Source of the DNA: Eledone cirrhosa
Taxonomy: Eukaryota
DNA length: 64,000 bases
Reading direction: 5' to 3'
Assembly: GCA_964016885.1 (NCBI GenBank)
Contig: OZ024743.1
Coordinates: 178,126,001-178,190,000, forward strand
This document shows, piece after piece, positions 49,191 to 64,000 of this stretch (position 1 is the stretch's first letter; each line of letters starts with the position of its first letter). A model generated the notes under the pieces. That model saw only the letters and a program-made list of their open reading frames with translations. It was not told the origin of the DNA and did not search any database. Position numbers and translations under genes: made by a program.

Positions 49191-52078
49191 GCTCAAGTAT
49201 TAATGTAAGGGAGATATATAGAGATATATAGAGAGATATAGAGAGAGAAAAAAATTTAAAAATAGCCAGACATATTCGAGGCGTAGAAAACCCTATGTTT
49301 TAATGTATTAGTATTTATAAAACTTACACTATATTGTAAATATCAGTATTCCTGAATGAAACAAGTATTCACAATGTGTGAAAATTCATTATCTTATGTT
49401 TAGTTTTAAACAATTCACATGTTTATGTGACAGCTACAAACATCAATGTGAATCCAACTGATTCACTCCGCAAACTCTAAGTTACCGGAAAACATTCTCA
49501 ATGTGGTATAAAAATTTGAGCGTATTATTATTCTTGCGATTACTCTACAAGATTATCTATCAAGCAGAAATAGAGAGCAGATTTCAATATACTAATCGAA
49601 AATATATATTATATAATATATTATATTATAAACAAAGATAACAATAATAATAAAAATATATAAAAATATAGAATAGAAAACTAAAAAAATATTACGAAAG
49701 AATATTACATAATAAAAATATTGGATATTAAAAATACTACGTATTAAAAAATATTACGTATTAAAAATTTACATATAAAAATATTAAAAATAAAATAAAA
49801 ATAAAAATATTATAGAATACTACAATACTAAAAGAATAAAAATAAAAATAAAAATAAAAATAAAAATGAAAATAAAAATAAACCACAAAGAACAACCCTT
49901 CAAAGTTAATTGACAATATATTGCCAAGTTCATTACAAGACAAAGCCAAAAATTATCTATCAAATCACATCTAGCAAAGAATATCGCAAAAAGATTATGA
50001 TGTCCAATAATGTCTACATATGTTCCTATATTTAATATAGAAGTTTATCTAGTGTAAGGTTAATTCAAAAAATTTGGAGCATCGGCTTTTAGGGTAGCTT
50101 AATTTTTCATGAGGAATGTTTAGATAAAAATAAAAATAAAAATAAAAATAAATAAAATAAAATAAACAATAAAAAGAGTAAAAAGAGGGAATCAAAGATT
50201 TAGGAATCAAAAGATTTATCGGCTAGTTCTCATATAAATATAAATCAAACTAAATATACTACATTTTAAATTTAAATTTATATTTAAACGTTGAGTTTAA
50301 TCTATGTTTGCAACAACTGAATAAATTTGTCCGTAGGTTAAGGGAATTTTTAGATTTTAGTATAAAGAATATCTCCTCTGCGCAGAGGTCACATGTCTCA
50401 GAGGATGAATTAAAAGGAATCCCTCTTGAGACTATATTCCAAGCCGTCGAATATCTAACGTTATCTAGCTTAAGTTGCCAGAGTACCCCTGATAGTGCCG
50501 TTGAAGATTTTTTATTTGGATCTGTGAAAGAATTCTTGTGGTTATTATAGCTAATAATTCTTTTAACTAATTCTTTTAACTACGTCGGTTCCACATCGAC
50601 GGAATTTAAACTTCGCTATAATAACCACAAGAATTCTTTCACAGATCCAAATAAAAAATCTTCAACAGCACTATCAGGGGTACTCTGGCAACTTAAGCTA
50701 GATAACGTTAGATATTCGACGGCTTGGAATATAGTCTCAAGAGGGATTCCTTTTAATTCATCCTCTGAGACATGTGACCTCTGCGCAGAGGAGATATTCT
50801 TTATACTAAAATCTAAAAATTCCCTTAACCTACGGACAAATTTATTCAGTTGTTGCAAACATAGATTAAACTCAACGTTTAAATATAAATTTAAATTTAA
50901 AATGTAGTATATTTAGTTTGATTTATATTTATATGAGAACTAGCCGATAAATCTTTTGATTCCTAAATCTTTGATTCCCTCTTTTTACTCTTTTTATTGT
51001 TTATTTTATTTTATTTATTTTTATTTTTATTTTTATTTTTATTTTTATTTTTATTTTTATTTTTATTTTTATTTTTATTTTTATTTTTATTTTTATTTTT
51101 ATTTTTATCTAAACATTCCTCATGAAAAATTAAGCTACCCTAAAAGCCGATGCTCCAAATTTTTTGAATTAACCTTACACTAGATAAACTTCTATATTAA
51201 ATATAGGAACATATGTAGACATTATTGGACATCATAATCTTTTTGCGATATTCTTTGCTAGATGTGATTTGATAGATAATTTTTGGCTTTGTCTTGTAAT
51301 GAACTTGGCAATATATTGTCAATTAACTTTGAAGGGTTGTTCTTTGTGGTTTATTTTTATTTTCATTTTTATTTTTATTTTTATTTTTATTTTTATTTTT
51401 ATTTTTATTTTTATTTTTATTTTTATTTTTATTCTTTTCGTATTGTAGTATTCTATAATATTTTTATTTTTTATTTTATTTTTAATATTTTTATATGTAA
51501 ATTTTTAATACGTAATATTTTTTAATACGTAGTATTTTTAATATGCAATATTTTTATTATGTAATATTCTTTCGTAATATTTTTTTAGTTTTCTATTCTA
51601 TATTTTTATATATTTTTATTATTATTGTTATCTTTGTTTATAATATAATATATTATATAATATATATTTTCGATTAGTATATTGAAATCTGCTCTCTATT
51701 TCTGCTTGATAGATAATCTTGTAGAGTAATCGCAAGAATAATAATACGCTCAAATTTTTATACCACATTGAGAATGTTTTCCGGTAACCTAGAGTTTGCG
51801 GAGTGAATCAGTTGGATTCACATTGATGTTTGTAGCTGTCACATAAACATGTGAATTTTTTAAAACTAAACATAAGATAATGAATTTTCACACATTGTGA
51901 ATACTTGTTTCATTCAGGAATACTGATATTTACAATATAGTGTAAGTTTTATAAATACTAATACATTAAAACATAGGGTTTTCTACGCCTCGAATATGTC
52001 TGGCTATTTTTAAATTTTTTTCTCTCTATATATCTCTCTATATCTCTCTATATATCTCCCTTACATTAATACTTGAGC

Positions 52079-52117
<39 letters not shown>

Positions 52118-52680
52118 AAGTATCATTGATACACTTACTCAAAATGACCTCCCACTACCTAATTTTCTATATATATATATGTATCTATCTCTATTTCCTC
52201 TCTCTATATATATATATATCTCTTTCTGTCTCTTTACATGAAGCTCTTCGCTTTATCTATTTTTCCATCTCTCTATTTTGTCCCATGCATTTCTTCTTTT
52301 TCTTTTTCTTCTTTTTCTTCCTTTTCTTCGTTTTGTCTTTCTTTCTTTCTTTTTTTTTCCCTCTTTTCTTTTTCTCTTTCTTTCTCTCTGTATTTTCACT
52401 GCTAGCGTAAACCTCTTCAAATGAAGTTGATGTTTATTACGGTATGTCGAATATATTTATCTATAAAACTGTTTATATTGTATTTTGTCTGATGAAGGCA
52501 TAGCATATTGTTAATATGATATCCCCGAAATATATATAATGAAATAAATATGGTTTTATAAATATAGTTTTCCATTTATTTAATATTGTAAATATACTCC
52601 AAATATTTGTCGAGTGCTTTTATATCAGTTATAAATATTTACTAGTTGTAACCCAACAATTTTAAATATAACTTTACATG
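48690..52680. mobile_element. head-to-head palindrome of a Naiad PLE 3' end (arms 48690-50551 and 50615-52590)
   Basis: Arms are near-identical. 50581..50907(+) reads YVGSTSTEFKLRYNNH..STALS..CDLCAEE..LN.R..CKH. HHRs at 48734-48799(-) and 52481-52546(+). Confidence 0.92.
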
Positions 52681-52897
52681 TATATATATATATATATATA
52701 ATATAGAAATGGCTTCTACAGGACTAGAACTGTTTCATTCAGAATATATATATATATTCTGAATGAAACATTCGATTTGTGCTATTTATGCTATTTTTTG
52801 CATGATATACACTTACTGAATTACTTTGCCAAAATCTGGGGTTATTCCCCTTGTGATTTCCACACGTGTCATTCACTTATTTGGTACAGAGCGAAAT

Positions 52898-53029
52898 ACC
52901 TGTTGATAACTTGATATTCCTTATTCGATCACTATACCCAAAGCTTATATTTTTAAGCAGACTGTATTTTGATTTAGGTGTCACAGAATCTCTACATCGG
53001 ATTTTAACAGCAATTCCGGGAGTCCAGGT
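52898..53029 (+). ncRNA. second U3-A8 variant HHR (A15.1 mutated to T) in unit 52770-53270
   Basis: ACCTG-TTGATAA-long stem II-GAAT-CTC..TCGGA/TCCGG-GAG-TC-CAGGT. Confidence 0.62.
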
Positions 53030-53413
53030 CTGGTTATCATTTATTTTTTATCATTTCTTTTGTTTTGACCTGTTTAGCTTGATTTGTTTTTTAGCTTGAG
53101 TGGTTAATGCCTTCTTGACCACCTTTTGAGTTTTGTATGGCTTCTTAACACATTGTTTAGCTCTGGTTTTTAACTATTGAGCACTTTGCCAGTATCATTT
53201 CTGATTTTTGCGTTTTGCTTCGCCTTTCCTGCCCGCCGAAATGCGATTCTCGCTGAATCTTTATTTGTATATATATATATATACAGATGCGAGAAAAACC
53301 ACAAACCTTCCATCTCTTCTATTTTTGAAAAGCACAAGATCTGCGAAACCCGTAAAGGAACAAAATAAATATCCTTAAAAAGACTCAAGTTGCATTTTCG
53401 ATTTCATTTTTTC

Positions 53414-55117
<1,704 letters not shown>

Positions 55118-55141
55118 CTATATATACATATATATATACAC

Positions 55142-55190
<49 letters not shown>

Positions 55191-55266
55191 TATAGATATA
55201 CATATATATATACATATATATATATATACACATATATATATACACATATATATATACATATATATA

Positions 55267-55778
55267 TAATAATAAAGTATGAATTCCTACGTGTAAAAAA
55301 TACATATAAGGAAACAAGTATTATCCAACCGTGTGCCAATGTGGTTCTATGGCGAGTTAATAAATTAACAACCAGTACATATAAGATCAAGGTCTAGCAA
55401 ATAGAGAAAAAGTTTTAAAATAAATTTTAAAAAATTCGCTGTACTTACTATATGTGCCTTTACCGCGGTTTCAAGCTCCATAATAAATGAACAGTCCAAG
55501 CGGACTTCCATCGAGAAGGGAAATATCTTCAGAAGGCCCTTCTCCCTCGGAGAATATAAAATTCCCGAGTTCAAATCACAAACTGACGCCATACAAAACC
55601 ATTCCCAAATGATAGCGAATGATGAAAGAAATAATTCTGTTTGGTGCCGTGTGCAAAGACAAAAGGCAGGGTGGACAGGTCAATGTCCTGCCACTAGAAA
55701 TAGCAGCAGTCCAAACGGCCAAGCTTCATCTCTACCTTAGGGGAGATCAATATTCTCTATTTGCTAGACCTTGATTTT
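55267..55778 (-). mobile_element. ~485-bp non-coding HHR unit with short inverted tip
   Basis: HHR at 55456-55537: GCCTT-CTGAAGA-..-GAAA-CCGCGG-TA-AAGGC. 55754-55775 is the reverse complement of 55386-55408. Confidence 0.78.
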
Positions 55779-55789
55779 ACATATATATG

Positions 55790-55891
<102 letters not shown>

Positions 55892-55927
55892 TGTGTGTGT
55901 GTGTAAATATATACATATATATATTTA

Positions 55928-56337
55928 TATAATAACTAGAAATTGCTTAACATATAAATAAACATGAATAATCACAGAAGATAATTTTTATAAGTGTGTT
56001 AGCACACATAGCTAGGTAGGTAACTAAATAAAGTTAACCAGAACTTCAAAAATAGATACCTTATAATATGATTAATCTTCCCTGTATATATTCCATTAAA
56101 GAAATATATTTCACCAATTAATCGAATGGTAAACCACGGATGCCGATACTTGGATTTTCAACAAGGATTTCAAGTATCGGCATCCGTGGTTTACCATATT
56201 ATAAGGTACCTATTTTTGAAGTTCTGGTTAACTTTATTTAGTTACCTACCTAGCTATGTGTGCTTACACACTTGTAAAAATTGTCTCCTGTGATTATTCA
56301 TGTTTATTTATATGTTAATCAATTTCTAGTTATTATA
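55928..56337. repeat. nested inverted repeat
   Basis: Arms at 55928-56070 and 56196-56337, with an inner hairpin at 56126-56197. Confidence 0.85.
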
Positions 56338-56460
56338 AAATGCTCGGACCTATTCGTTAGAATCTTAGAGCTTATTTTGCGGGTGATATGGCGCATGTCT
56401 TTCTGGCATGACACCCATAATTTTGATTTATATTAAATTCATTTTGATTTATCTTAATTT

Positions 56461-56522
<62 letters not shown>

Positions 56523-56525
<3 letters not shown>

Positions 56526-57212
56526 CTTGTACGACAACTACAGGAGAAGTACCTAGCTATACTTAGTACGACAACTACAGGAGAAGTACCCCTATACTTA
56601 GCTTTTGTTAACCTGGAGAAAGCCTTTGACAGAGTCCCCCGCTCCATTATCTGGTGGGCTCTTAGAAAACTAGGAGTGGGAGGATGGCTTGTGAGAGCTT
56701 TTCAAGCCATGTTTCGAGGAACAGTCAGCGAGGTTAGAATTAACAATCAATATAGTGAAGAATTTAGTGTAAAAGTTGGTGTTCATTAAGTCTCTGTCCT
56801 TAGCCCTCTCCTATTTATTATTGCCCTTCAGGCTATAACAGAGGAGTTCAAGATCTGCTGCCCTTGGAAACTTCTATACGCAGATGATCTATCTCCCATA
56901 GCTGAATCTATGGCTGAACTAGAGAAGAAATTCCAAACATGGAAGCATGGCCTAGAATCAAAAGGCTTTAAAGTTAACTTGTCTAAGACTAAAGTTCTAG
57001 TATGTAGAAAGGAAAATAGGGCACAGGTGCCCTCTGGGAAATGGCCATGCTCAGTGTGTAGGAATGGAGTAGGTAGAAATTCCATTCTATGTCCCAAATG
57101 CAAAGTATGGGTACATAAAAGATGTAGTGGGATCACAGGTAAGCTATCTAAGAACGTAGATTTTATACGTGGCCGATGCTCAGGTGCAATAAGTAGCAAG
57201 TGCCACACTCCC
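56523..57212 (+). mobile_element. RTE RT fragment
   Basis: LEKAFDRVPR, LLYADDL and a PHD-like CSVC..CPKC..WVHKRC. Confidence 0.88.
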
Positions 57213-57687
57213 AGATATATATATTGAGTGAGTGTGAAACGCCAAAGGTCATTATTGAAAGCCTCTGGATGTGTATATTTCACAAGGTACTTTATATTTT
57301 TTTTTGTTAGAGAGGGTAAGAACAGTCACTTGCATACTCTACTCTAAATAGCAGTATACTATACATTCACAATTATTTAAAAATTCAATTACAACATTCT
57401 GTATTAATATTTAGTATTACAGTATACTGCAAGTAATATGTACAGTATATATACACTATAATTGGTAAAAAAAAAAATATGCATTTTTTCCGCAAAAATT
57501 TGATTGCACTGTTTTGTTTTCAAGTATGTATTTTTTTTAAATGTTATTTATTTTTTATAAAAATTAAATGATAGCATTATATATATGGGTGGGCCCCCTT
57601 TGTTTCCTGGCAACCAATATTTTAAGACCTAGTCCGACACAGACCAGGGGAATAGTGTTATAGATACATGTATCTAATACAATAGAA

Positions 57688-58125
57688 TCTTAACTATAAT
57701 AAAGAAAGGAGAGCGGGATTGCGTCCAGAATATATTTTTTTACCCCGTTTGTGAAATAAGTTGGATTACTTTGAATAAATAATGAATGAATATTACATAA
57801 TTTATGTGCTAAATTTCGTGGCTGTTGATTGAATATATTTTATAGCTTAAAGACCTTTAAAATTCACTCCTTCAAAATTTTCAAATGTCAACACTTCTGG
57901 TTAGCGGCCGCGCATATTTCCGTCGCTAATTTTCTCCTAATACAGTTTATATGTATCATGGATTACGTTACTGATTACATAGACTTCGTTCAATTTCTGT
58001 GTATATTGTCAATTAAGATTTTATTTGATGTATCATATCTACATGTATATATACTTGCGTATAATATCAATATACACACTACACATGCTAACAGAAAACC
58101 ACCCTTTGGGTGGCTTTTCTTCTAG
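57688..58125 (+). mobile_element. non-autonomous Helitron-like element
   Basis: A|TC start, 3' hairpin CCACCC/GGGTGG, then CTAG|T. Confidence 0.65.
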
Positions 58126-58204
58126 TATACATAATAAAGATAGACAAAGATGTCAATATTATATATATTTTTACAGTTTTGTTTTACAATATTAAATTAA
58201 TTAC

Positions 58205-59762
58205 AGCACGGTAGATAGGGCCATTAGAGACAAAAGACTGGCATGGAAGGCTTGGAAAGATGGTGGGAGTAGAGAAGGATACACAGCCGCTAAGAGAGAA
58301 GCTAGACGTCAGGTGTACTTAGCACGCAGGGAGGCTGAGAGTAGGAGGTTTTCCAATGTTCTGCGACGGGAAGATCAGAGACGTGCGGTGTTCCGCATTG
58401 CAAAGCAGTGTGTCAGTGCAAATCAGGATCTTGTTGGAGATAAGTGTGTCCGGAATGATGCCAGTGTATTTAGTGTCACGAATGATAAAAAAAAGGAGGC
58501 CTGGAAATGTCACTATGAGAGACTGATAAATGTGGAGAATGAATGGGACAGAGAGAAATTACCCCCAGTAGACCCGACAGAGGGACCAGCTATTGAGATT
58601 GACGAATATAGGGTCCAAGAGGCAATTAAGGAAATGAAGAATGGTAAGGCTGCTGGACCGTTGGGGATAGTTGCTTAGATGCTGAAGGCATCAGGAGAAG
58701 TAGGCACTAATTTGGTTGCATACATCACCAATCAAGCTATATATGGTGGTGTCATACCCAAAGACTGGTGCAGCAGTATTCTTATAAATTGCTACAAAGG
58801 TAAAGGGGATACTCTGGAGCAATTATAGAGGCATAAAACTGATGGATCAGGTTATGAAAGTGGCACAGAGAATATTAGAGCAACTGATTAGAGAAAGGGT
58901 CAAATTAGATGAGATGCAGATTGGATTTGTTCCTCGGAAAAGTACAACAGGTCCCCTCTTCTTAGTGAGACAACTACAAGAGAGGTTCTTAGAGAAGAAT
59001 AAGCCACTATACTTAGCTTTTGTTGACCTAGAGAAGGCCTTTGATAGGGTAACCCGATCTGTCATCTGCTGGTCCCTAAGGAAACTAGGTGTTGAGGAAT
59101 GGCTTGTGAGGACAGTGCAAGATATGTACAGGGGTGCTGTCAGTAAAGTGAGAGTAGGAATGGTGTTTAGTGAGGAATTCCAGATACAAGTAGGAGTACA
59201 TCTAGTAGTATCAAGAATAAGGGCGGGTTGGAATAAGTTTAGCGAACTGCTTCCTCTGTTGACAAAGAAGGGTTTCTCCCTGCATACGAAAGGGCGGTTA
59301 TATGATGCCGGTGTGAGATGCGCGATGCTGCATGGTAGTGAGACATGGGCGTCAACTGCAGAGGATATGCGACGACTGGAGAGAAATGAAGCAAGCATGC
59401 TCCGTTGAATGTGCAATGTCAATGTGCGTAAACAACCAAGCATAGATGTGTTGAGAAAGAAACTGGGTATAAGAGGGATAAGTTGGGGTGTGAATGAGAG
59501 AAGACTGAGATGGTATGGACACGTGATGCGCATGGAGGATGACCGCTGGGTAAAGAAGTGCCAAGAAATCCCAGTAGAAGGAAGACGCAGTAGAGGAAGA
59601 CCACATAAAACATGAGCGGAGGTGGTGAGAGCAGACCTCATATCGCTGAAACTCACGGAGGAGATGACGAAGGACCTTGACAAGCGGAGAGATGATGTGC
59701 TGAATAGGACCCGTCCCACCCTTGCAAGCAGGGAAAAGCTGACGTAAAATGATCATAATGAT
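58205..59762 (+). mobile_element. RTE LINE 3' half (second subfamily) with internal deletion of the catalytic region
   Basis: DLEKAFD; VGVH joined directly to ..SRIRAGW; RRLRWYGHVMR; ATG-like tail. Confidence 0.88.
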
Positions 59763-59992
59763 ATATACATGGTGGTGTTTCTACAGATAATTGAATATGG
59801 GGTAATTCATATTTAGATTAAGCAAACAACATGAAAGCCTACTCACAAGAGAATTGTTGCTTTTAGTTTCAGTTCTATTTTTTAATTATTTTACTCAAAG
59901 CCTTAATCATAAAGAGTTCTAATTAGATAACTCTGAATTTAGAACTATGCTATAGTCAGTGTGTATGTGTTTTTATATATGTCTATATATAT

Positions 59993-60135
<143 letters not shown>

Positions 60136-60145
60136 AATATATATA

Positions 60146-60223
<78 letters not shown>

Positions 60224-60300
60224 GAGACATATATAAAGACACATACACACCCTGACTATAGCATAGTTCTAAATTATATATATATATATATATACACACA

Positions 60301-60410
<110 letters not shown>

Positions 60411-60426
60411 AGCGGAATTTTAGTAA

Positions 60427-60863
60427 TCTCCTTATAATATATAACCACCAATTTCTATGTTTGTCTGTCTGTCCGACAGTGGAAACACGTGCGCGCGTGC
60501 GAATGTTTTTTTGCGCACGCGTAGAGAGAGAGTGAGAGTGAAAGAAAAAGACAGACTACGAGAGGGGGATAGCGGGAGGGAGAGAGGGGGGAATTGAGGA
60601 GTGCTACAGAAACATATATACATTTCTGTGTGTGTGTAATATATATATATATATACACACACAGAAATATATATATATACACACAGAAATATATATACAT
60701 TTCTGTGTGTGTAATATATATATATATACACACAGAAATATATATACATTTCTGTGTGTGTAATATATATATATATGTACACACAGAAATATATATACAT
60801 TTCTGTGTGTGTAATATATATATATACTAGCAGAAAACCACCCGGTGGGTGGTTTTCTGCTAG
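60427..60863 (+). mobile_element. Helitron-like element with internal minisatellite
   Basis: A|TC start shared with 1695, ~40-bp repeats at 60605-60825, and a terminal hairpin plus CTAG similar to 58090-58125. Confidence 0.55.
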
Positions 60864-61454
60864 TCTATATATATAAAACTGAAGATGTCTGTCTGTGTGT
60901 GTGTGAGTTTGAATCCCTAAAACTAGAGAACTACCCAACCGGCTGTTTTCAAACTTTACACTTGTAATACTTATGTTTCAGGGAGTGTTCTGAACAAAAC
61001 AAATTTCAAATTGTCAATGCCCTAGGGACCGCATCAGGCGATTTAGCGATCTCTCTCTATAATTCTTAGTCTTTCTCTTTTTAGATAGATACATACATAT
61101 AACGTCGCGCGCTTATAATATCAGTATGTATGCCTGATTGTCTGCATTACGTCACTTCCTACAATCCGCTCTGCGTCCAAAACGCGCCCTTATAATATCT
61201 GTCTCTATGTCTGACTGTCTGCTGCTTCCGGTTATTTACCACCCTTGCTCAAGACAAATCTCATACTCAATCCCCAAACAGTTGGTAAGTGCACACAACT
61301 TCTTCCTCACGTTTTAAGCCACAGTGTTGCTTACTTTCGTACCACCAGACCCTTGCTTCTTTGCCAGCCGTGGTTGTGGCAATACTAAGCTTAGCTAAGG
61401 CGGTTATATATTTCACAATACCTTATCCCGTCCAACGCCGGGTACCACTGCTAG
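60864..61454 (+). mobile_element. non-autonomous Helitron
   Basis: TCTATATATATAAAACT..GTCTGTCTGT start, CCCGTCCAACGCCGGG hairpin, CTAG|T end. Confidence 0.75.
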
Positions 61455-61616
61455 TCTTATATATATTTCTACTACTACTATTTTTTTTATTTTAACATCA
61501 CAAACAACTTCTGCTAATTGTCAATATTATCGTAATGTAAACCTTCTGAAAATATATCTTTAAAATGTATTATGTTACGAGGAAATAAAATCATATGGCA
61601 ACAGTGAACTATAGTT

Positions 61617-61651
<35 letters not shown>

Positions 61652-62016
61652 ATATATATAAACGGAAAAAATGAAACGAAATTTCATTTCCCACTCTTAG
61701 TACGGCTGTTACTTAAATATAAGTATGTATACGTACATACATATATGTATACAGACCTACAGTAGCATGTATATATATATATATATACATACATGCACAC
61801 ATATATATATGCACGTATGGATTCACCGAACATTTATTATAATGCTCGGTGTGTTTGTAAACAAACATCCCAAATTTAGCCGTAGTGTCTAGCAACCATT
61901 GTTGTTCGTTTGTTCAACACTGACAAAGAAACGCTGTACTAGTTTCAAGCTTATTAGCTATCATCAGCAACGTATACCTCCCTGCCAGATGATTGAACGT
62001 CTGAAAGTATATACTT

Positions 62017-63866
62017 TCATCATCATCATCATCATCATCATTTAACGTCCATGTTCCACGCTTTGCATGGGTTTGGACGGGAATTTTCCCACTTGAGGCA
62101 AGAGTGGTTGTCTTGCTCGCATAGGACTGTCTGGCGTGTTTTCTACAGCTGGATGCCCTTCCTAACACCAACCACATTTACAGTGTGGGACTGGGAGGTT
62201 TTTACCGTGTTGCCTACACGGCCACATTACAGCGTGGACTGTCTGTTTTTTTTATCGTGACACCTACACGATCTCATTTGTTTCGGCCTGGATGTTGTGG
62301 CACCAACATAACTTTACATTGAAAGGGGCGGCGTGGATGGGGTGGGGGTAGTGGGACGGGGGTGTATTTTGTTAGAGATGCCTACTGACTGTAGTAGGTT
62401 TTACTTTGTATTTAGGTAAGGCGGGTCTTCTCTATTACTGAGTACCGCCAAAGATCTCGGTCCAGTGACATTGTCTTGGAGAGGTGTAAAAGTGTGAGGT
62501 CGGAATTTATCAGGTCGTCCCAGGTTCTTCTGGGTCTGCCTACTCCGTGGCTACCGTCTATCTTTATTGCCCTGCACTTTTTTATACAGCTGTCGTCTTT
62601 CATGCGCATCACGTGACCATACCAACGTAGCCTTCTCTCGAGTAAACAACATCTGATCCCTCTTATTTCTAATTTTTCCCTTAGTTCGTTTATGCTTTGC
62701 TGTTCACGTATATTACTATTACACAACCAGCGGAGCATGCAAGCTTCGTTCCTCTCTAGTCTGCGTATATCCTCTGCACACAATGCCCAGGTCTCACTGC
62801 CATGCAACATTGCTGTTCGTATGCAGGCATCATACAGCCTGCCTTTCATTTTTAGGGAGAACCCTTTAGCGGCTAATAGTGGTATAAGCTCTCTGAACTT
62901 TTTCCTTCCCGTTCTGACTCTAGCTACTGTACTTTCCGAGCACCCTCCCCCACTGCTGATTTTGTCACCCAGGTAACGGAAGCTGTCCACTATTTCTATA
63001 GAACCCTCTGCGCAATTGAAAGAGCTAGTATTTTGTTGGCACTTGCTGCTACTTATTGCACCAGAGCACTGGCCACATGTAAAATCTATGTTCTTAGTTA
63101 GCTTAACTGTGATCCCACTACATCTTTTATGCACCCATACTTTGCATTTGGGACATAAAATGGAGTTTCTACCTACGCCTTTCCTAAACACTGAGCAAGG
63201 CCATTTCCCGGAAGGAACCGGCGCCTTATTTTCTTTCCTACAAACTAGAACTTTAGTCTTAGCCAGGTTAATTTTAAGGCCTTTTGATTCTAGGCCGTGC
63301 TTCCATGTTTGGAATTTCTTCTCTAGCTCGGCCATTGATTCAGCTATGAGCGTTAGGTCATCTGGACAGCCGGTCTTGAACTCCATTGTTATAGCCTGAA
63401 GGGCAATAATAAATAGTAGGGGGCTAAGAACAGAGCCCTGATGAACACCAACTTTTACGCTAAACTCTTCACTATATTCATTGTTAATTCTAACCTTGCT
63501 GACTGTTTCTTTATACATGGCTTGTATAGCTCTCACAAGCCATTCATCAACACCTAGTTTTCTAAGAGCCCACCAGATAATGGAACGGGGGACTCTGTCG
63601 AAGGCCTTGTCCAAGTCGACAAAAGCTAAGTATAGGGGTTTACTTTTAGCTAGGTACTTCTCCTGTAGTTGTCGTACAATGAAAAGAGCGTCTGTGGTAC
63701 TTTTGCCTGACACAAACCCGAACTGCATTTCATCTAGATCAATTCTCTCTCTGATTAGTTGCGCTATTACTTTTTCCGTGACCTTCATGACCTGGTGGAT
63801 TAATTTAATGCCTCTATAGTTATTCCTATCTAGGGCGTCTCCTTTATCCTTGTAGCAGTTTATGCA
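62017..63866 (-). mobile_element. 5'-truncated RTE LINE
   Basis: ORF 62412..63965 encodes RT with GVHQGSVLSP, but WELLYA is deleted before DD. The 3' UTR matches 25770-26100 and ends in an (ATG)n tail. Confidence 0.92.
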
Positions 63867-64000
63867 TATTAACAGCTTATGCATATTAACGGCTGAGCAG
63901 CCTAATTTCAATTCCAGTACTGCCAATACTGGAATTGAACTATCAAGACAGTTGAGGTATGTCATACATCAATTCATGTATTTTATCTGATGAGGACGTA

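Noticed and set aside
50308-50858. Duplicated 80-aa gene
   Set aside because: Antisense shadow of the GIY-YIG frame, duplicated by the palindrome.

Overview
Eukaryotic, AT-rich, repeat-saturated DNA with no recognisable host gene. An octopod cephalopod origin is inferred from the Nin/Deu-type SINE, the RTE LINEs and the long (TA)n arrays. The window is a nest of decayed retroelements: an R4/Dong-like LINE, CRE-like RLE fragments, RTE and CR1 LINE pieces, at least seven Penelope-like element (PLE) fragments (mostly Naiad-type GIY-YIG), about 14 SINE copies, a Tc1/mariner MITE and non-autonomous Helitrons. Most long ORFs in the track are microsatellite artefacts. The unexplained layer is RNA-level. 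About 25 hammerhead ribozyme (HHR) motifs were read by eye, many in 0.5-0.7 kb non-coding units that are partially tandem, circularly permuted or folded back, and bordered by (TA)n. The best lead is a covariation-supported HHR variant with a U3-A8 core (UUGAnAA) and a ~80-nt stem II. It occurs in two divergent families, and one insertion begins exactly at the predicted cleavage site. A ~3.9 kb palindrome is a head-to-head PLE 3' end with an HHR at each tip. All calls are manual; nothing was computed or searched.
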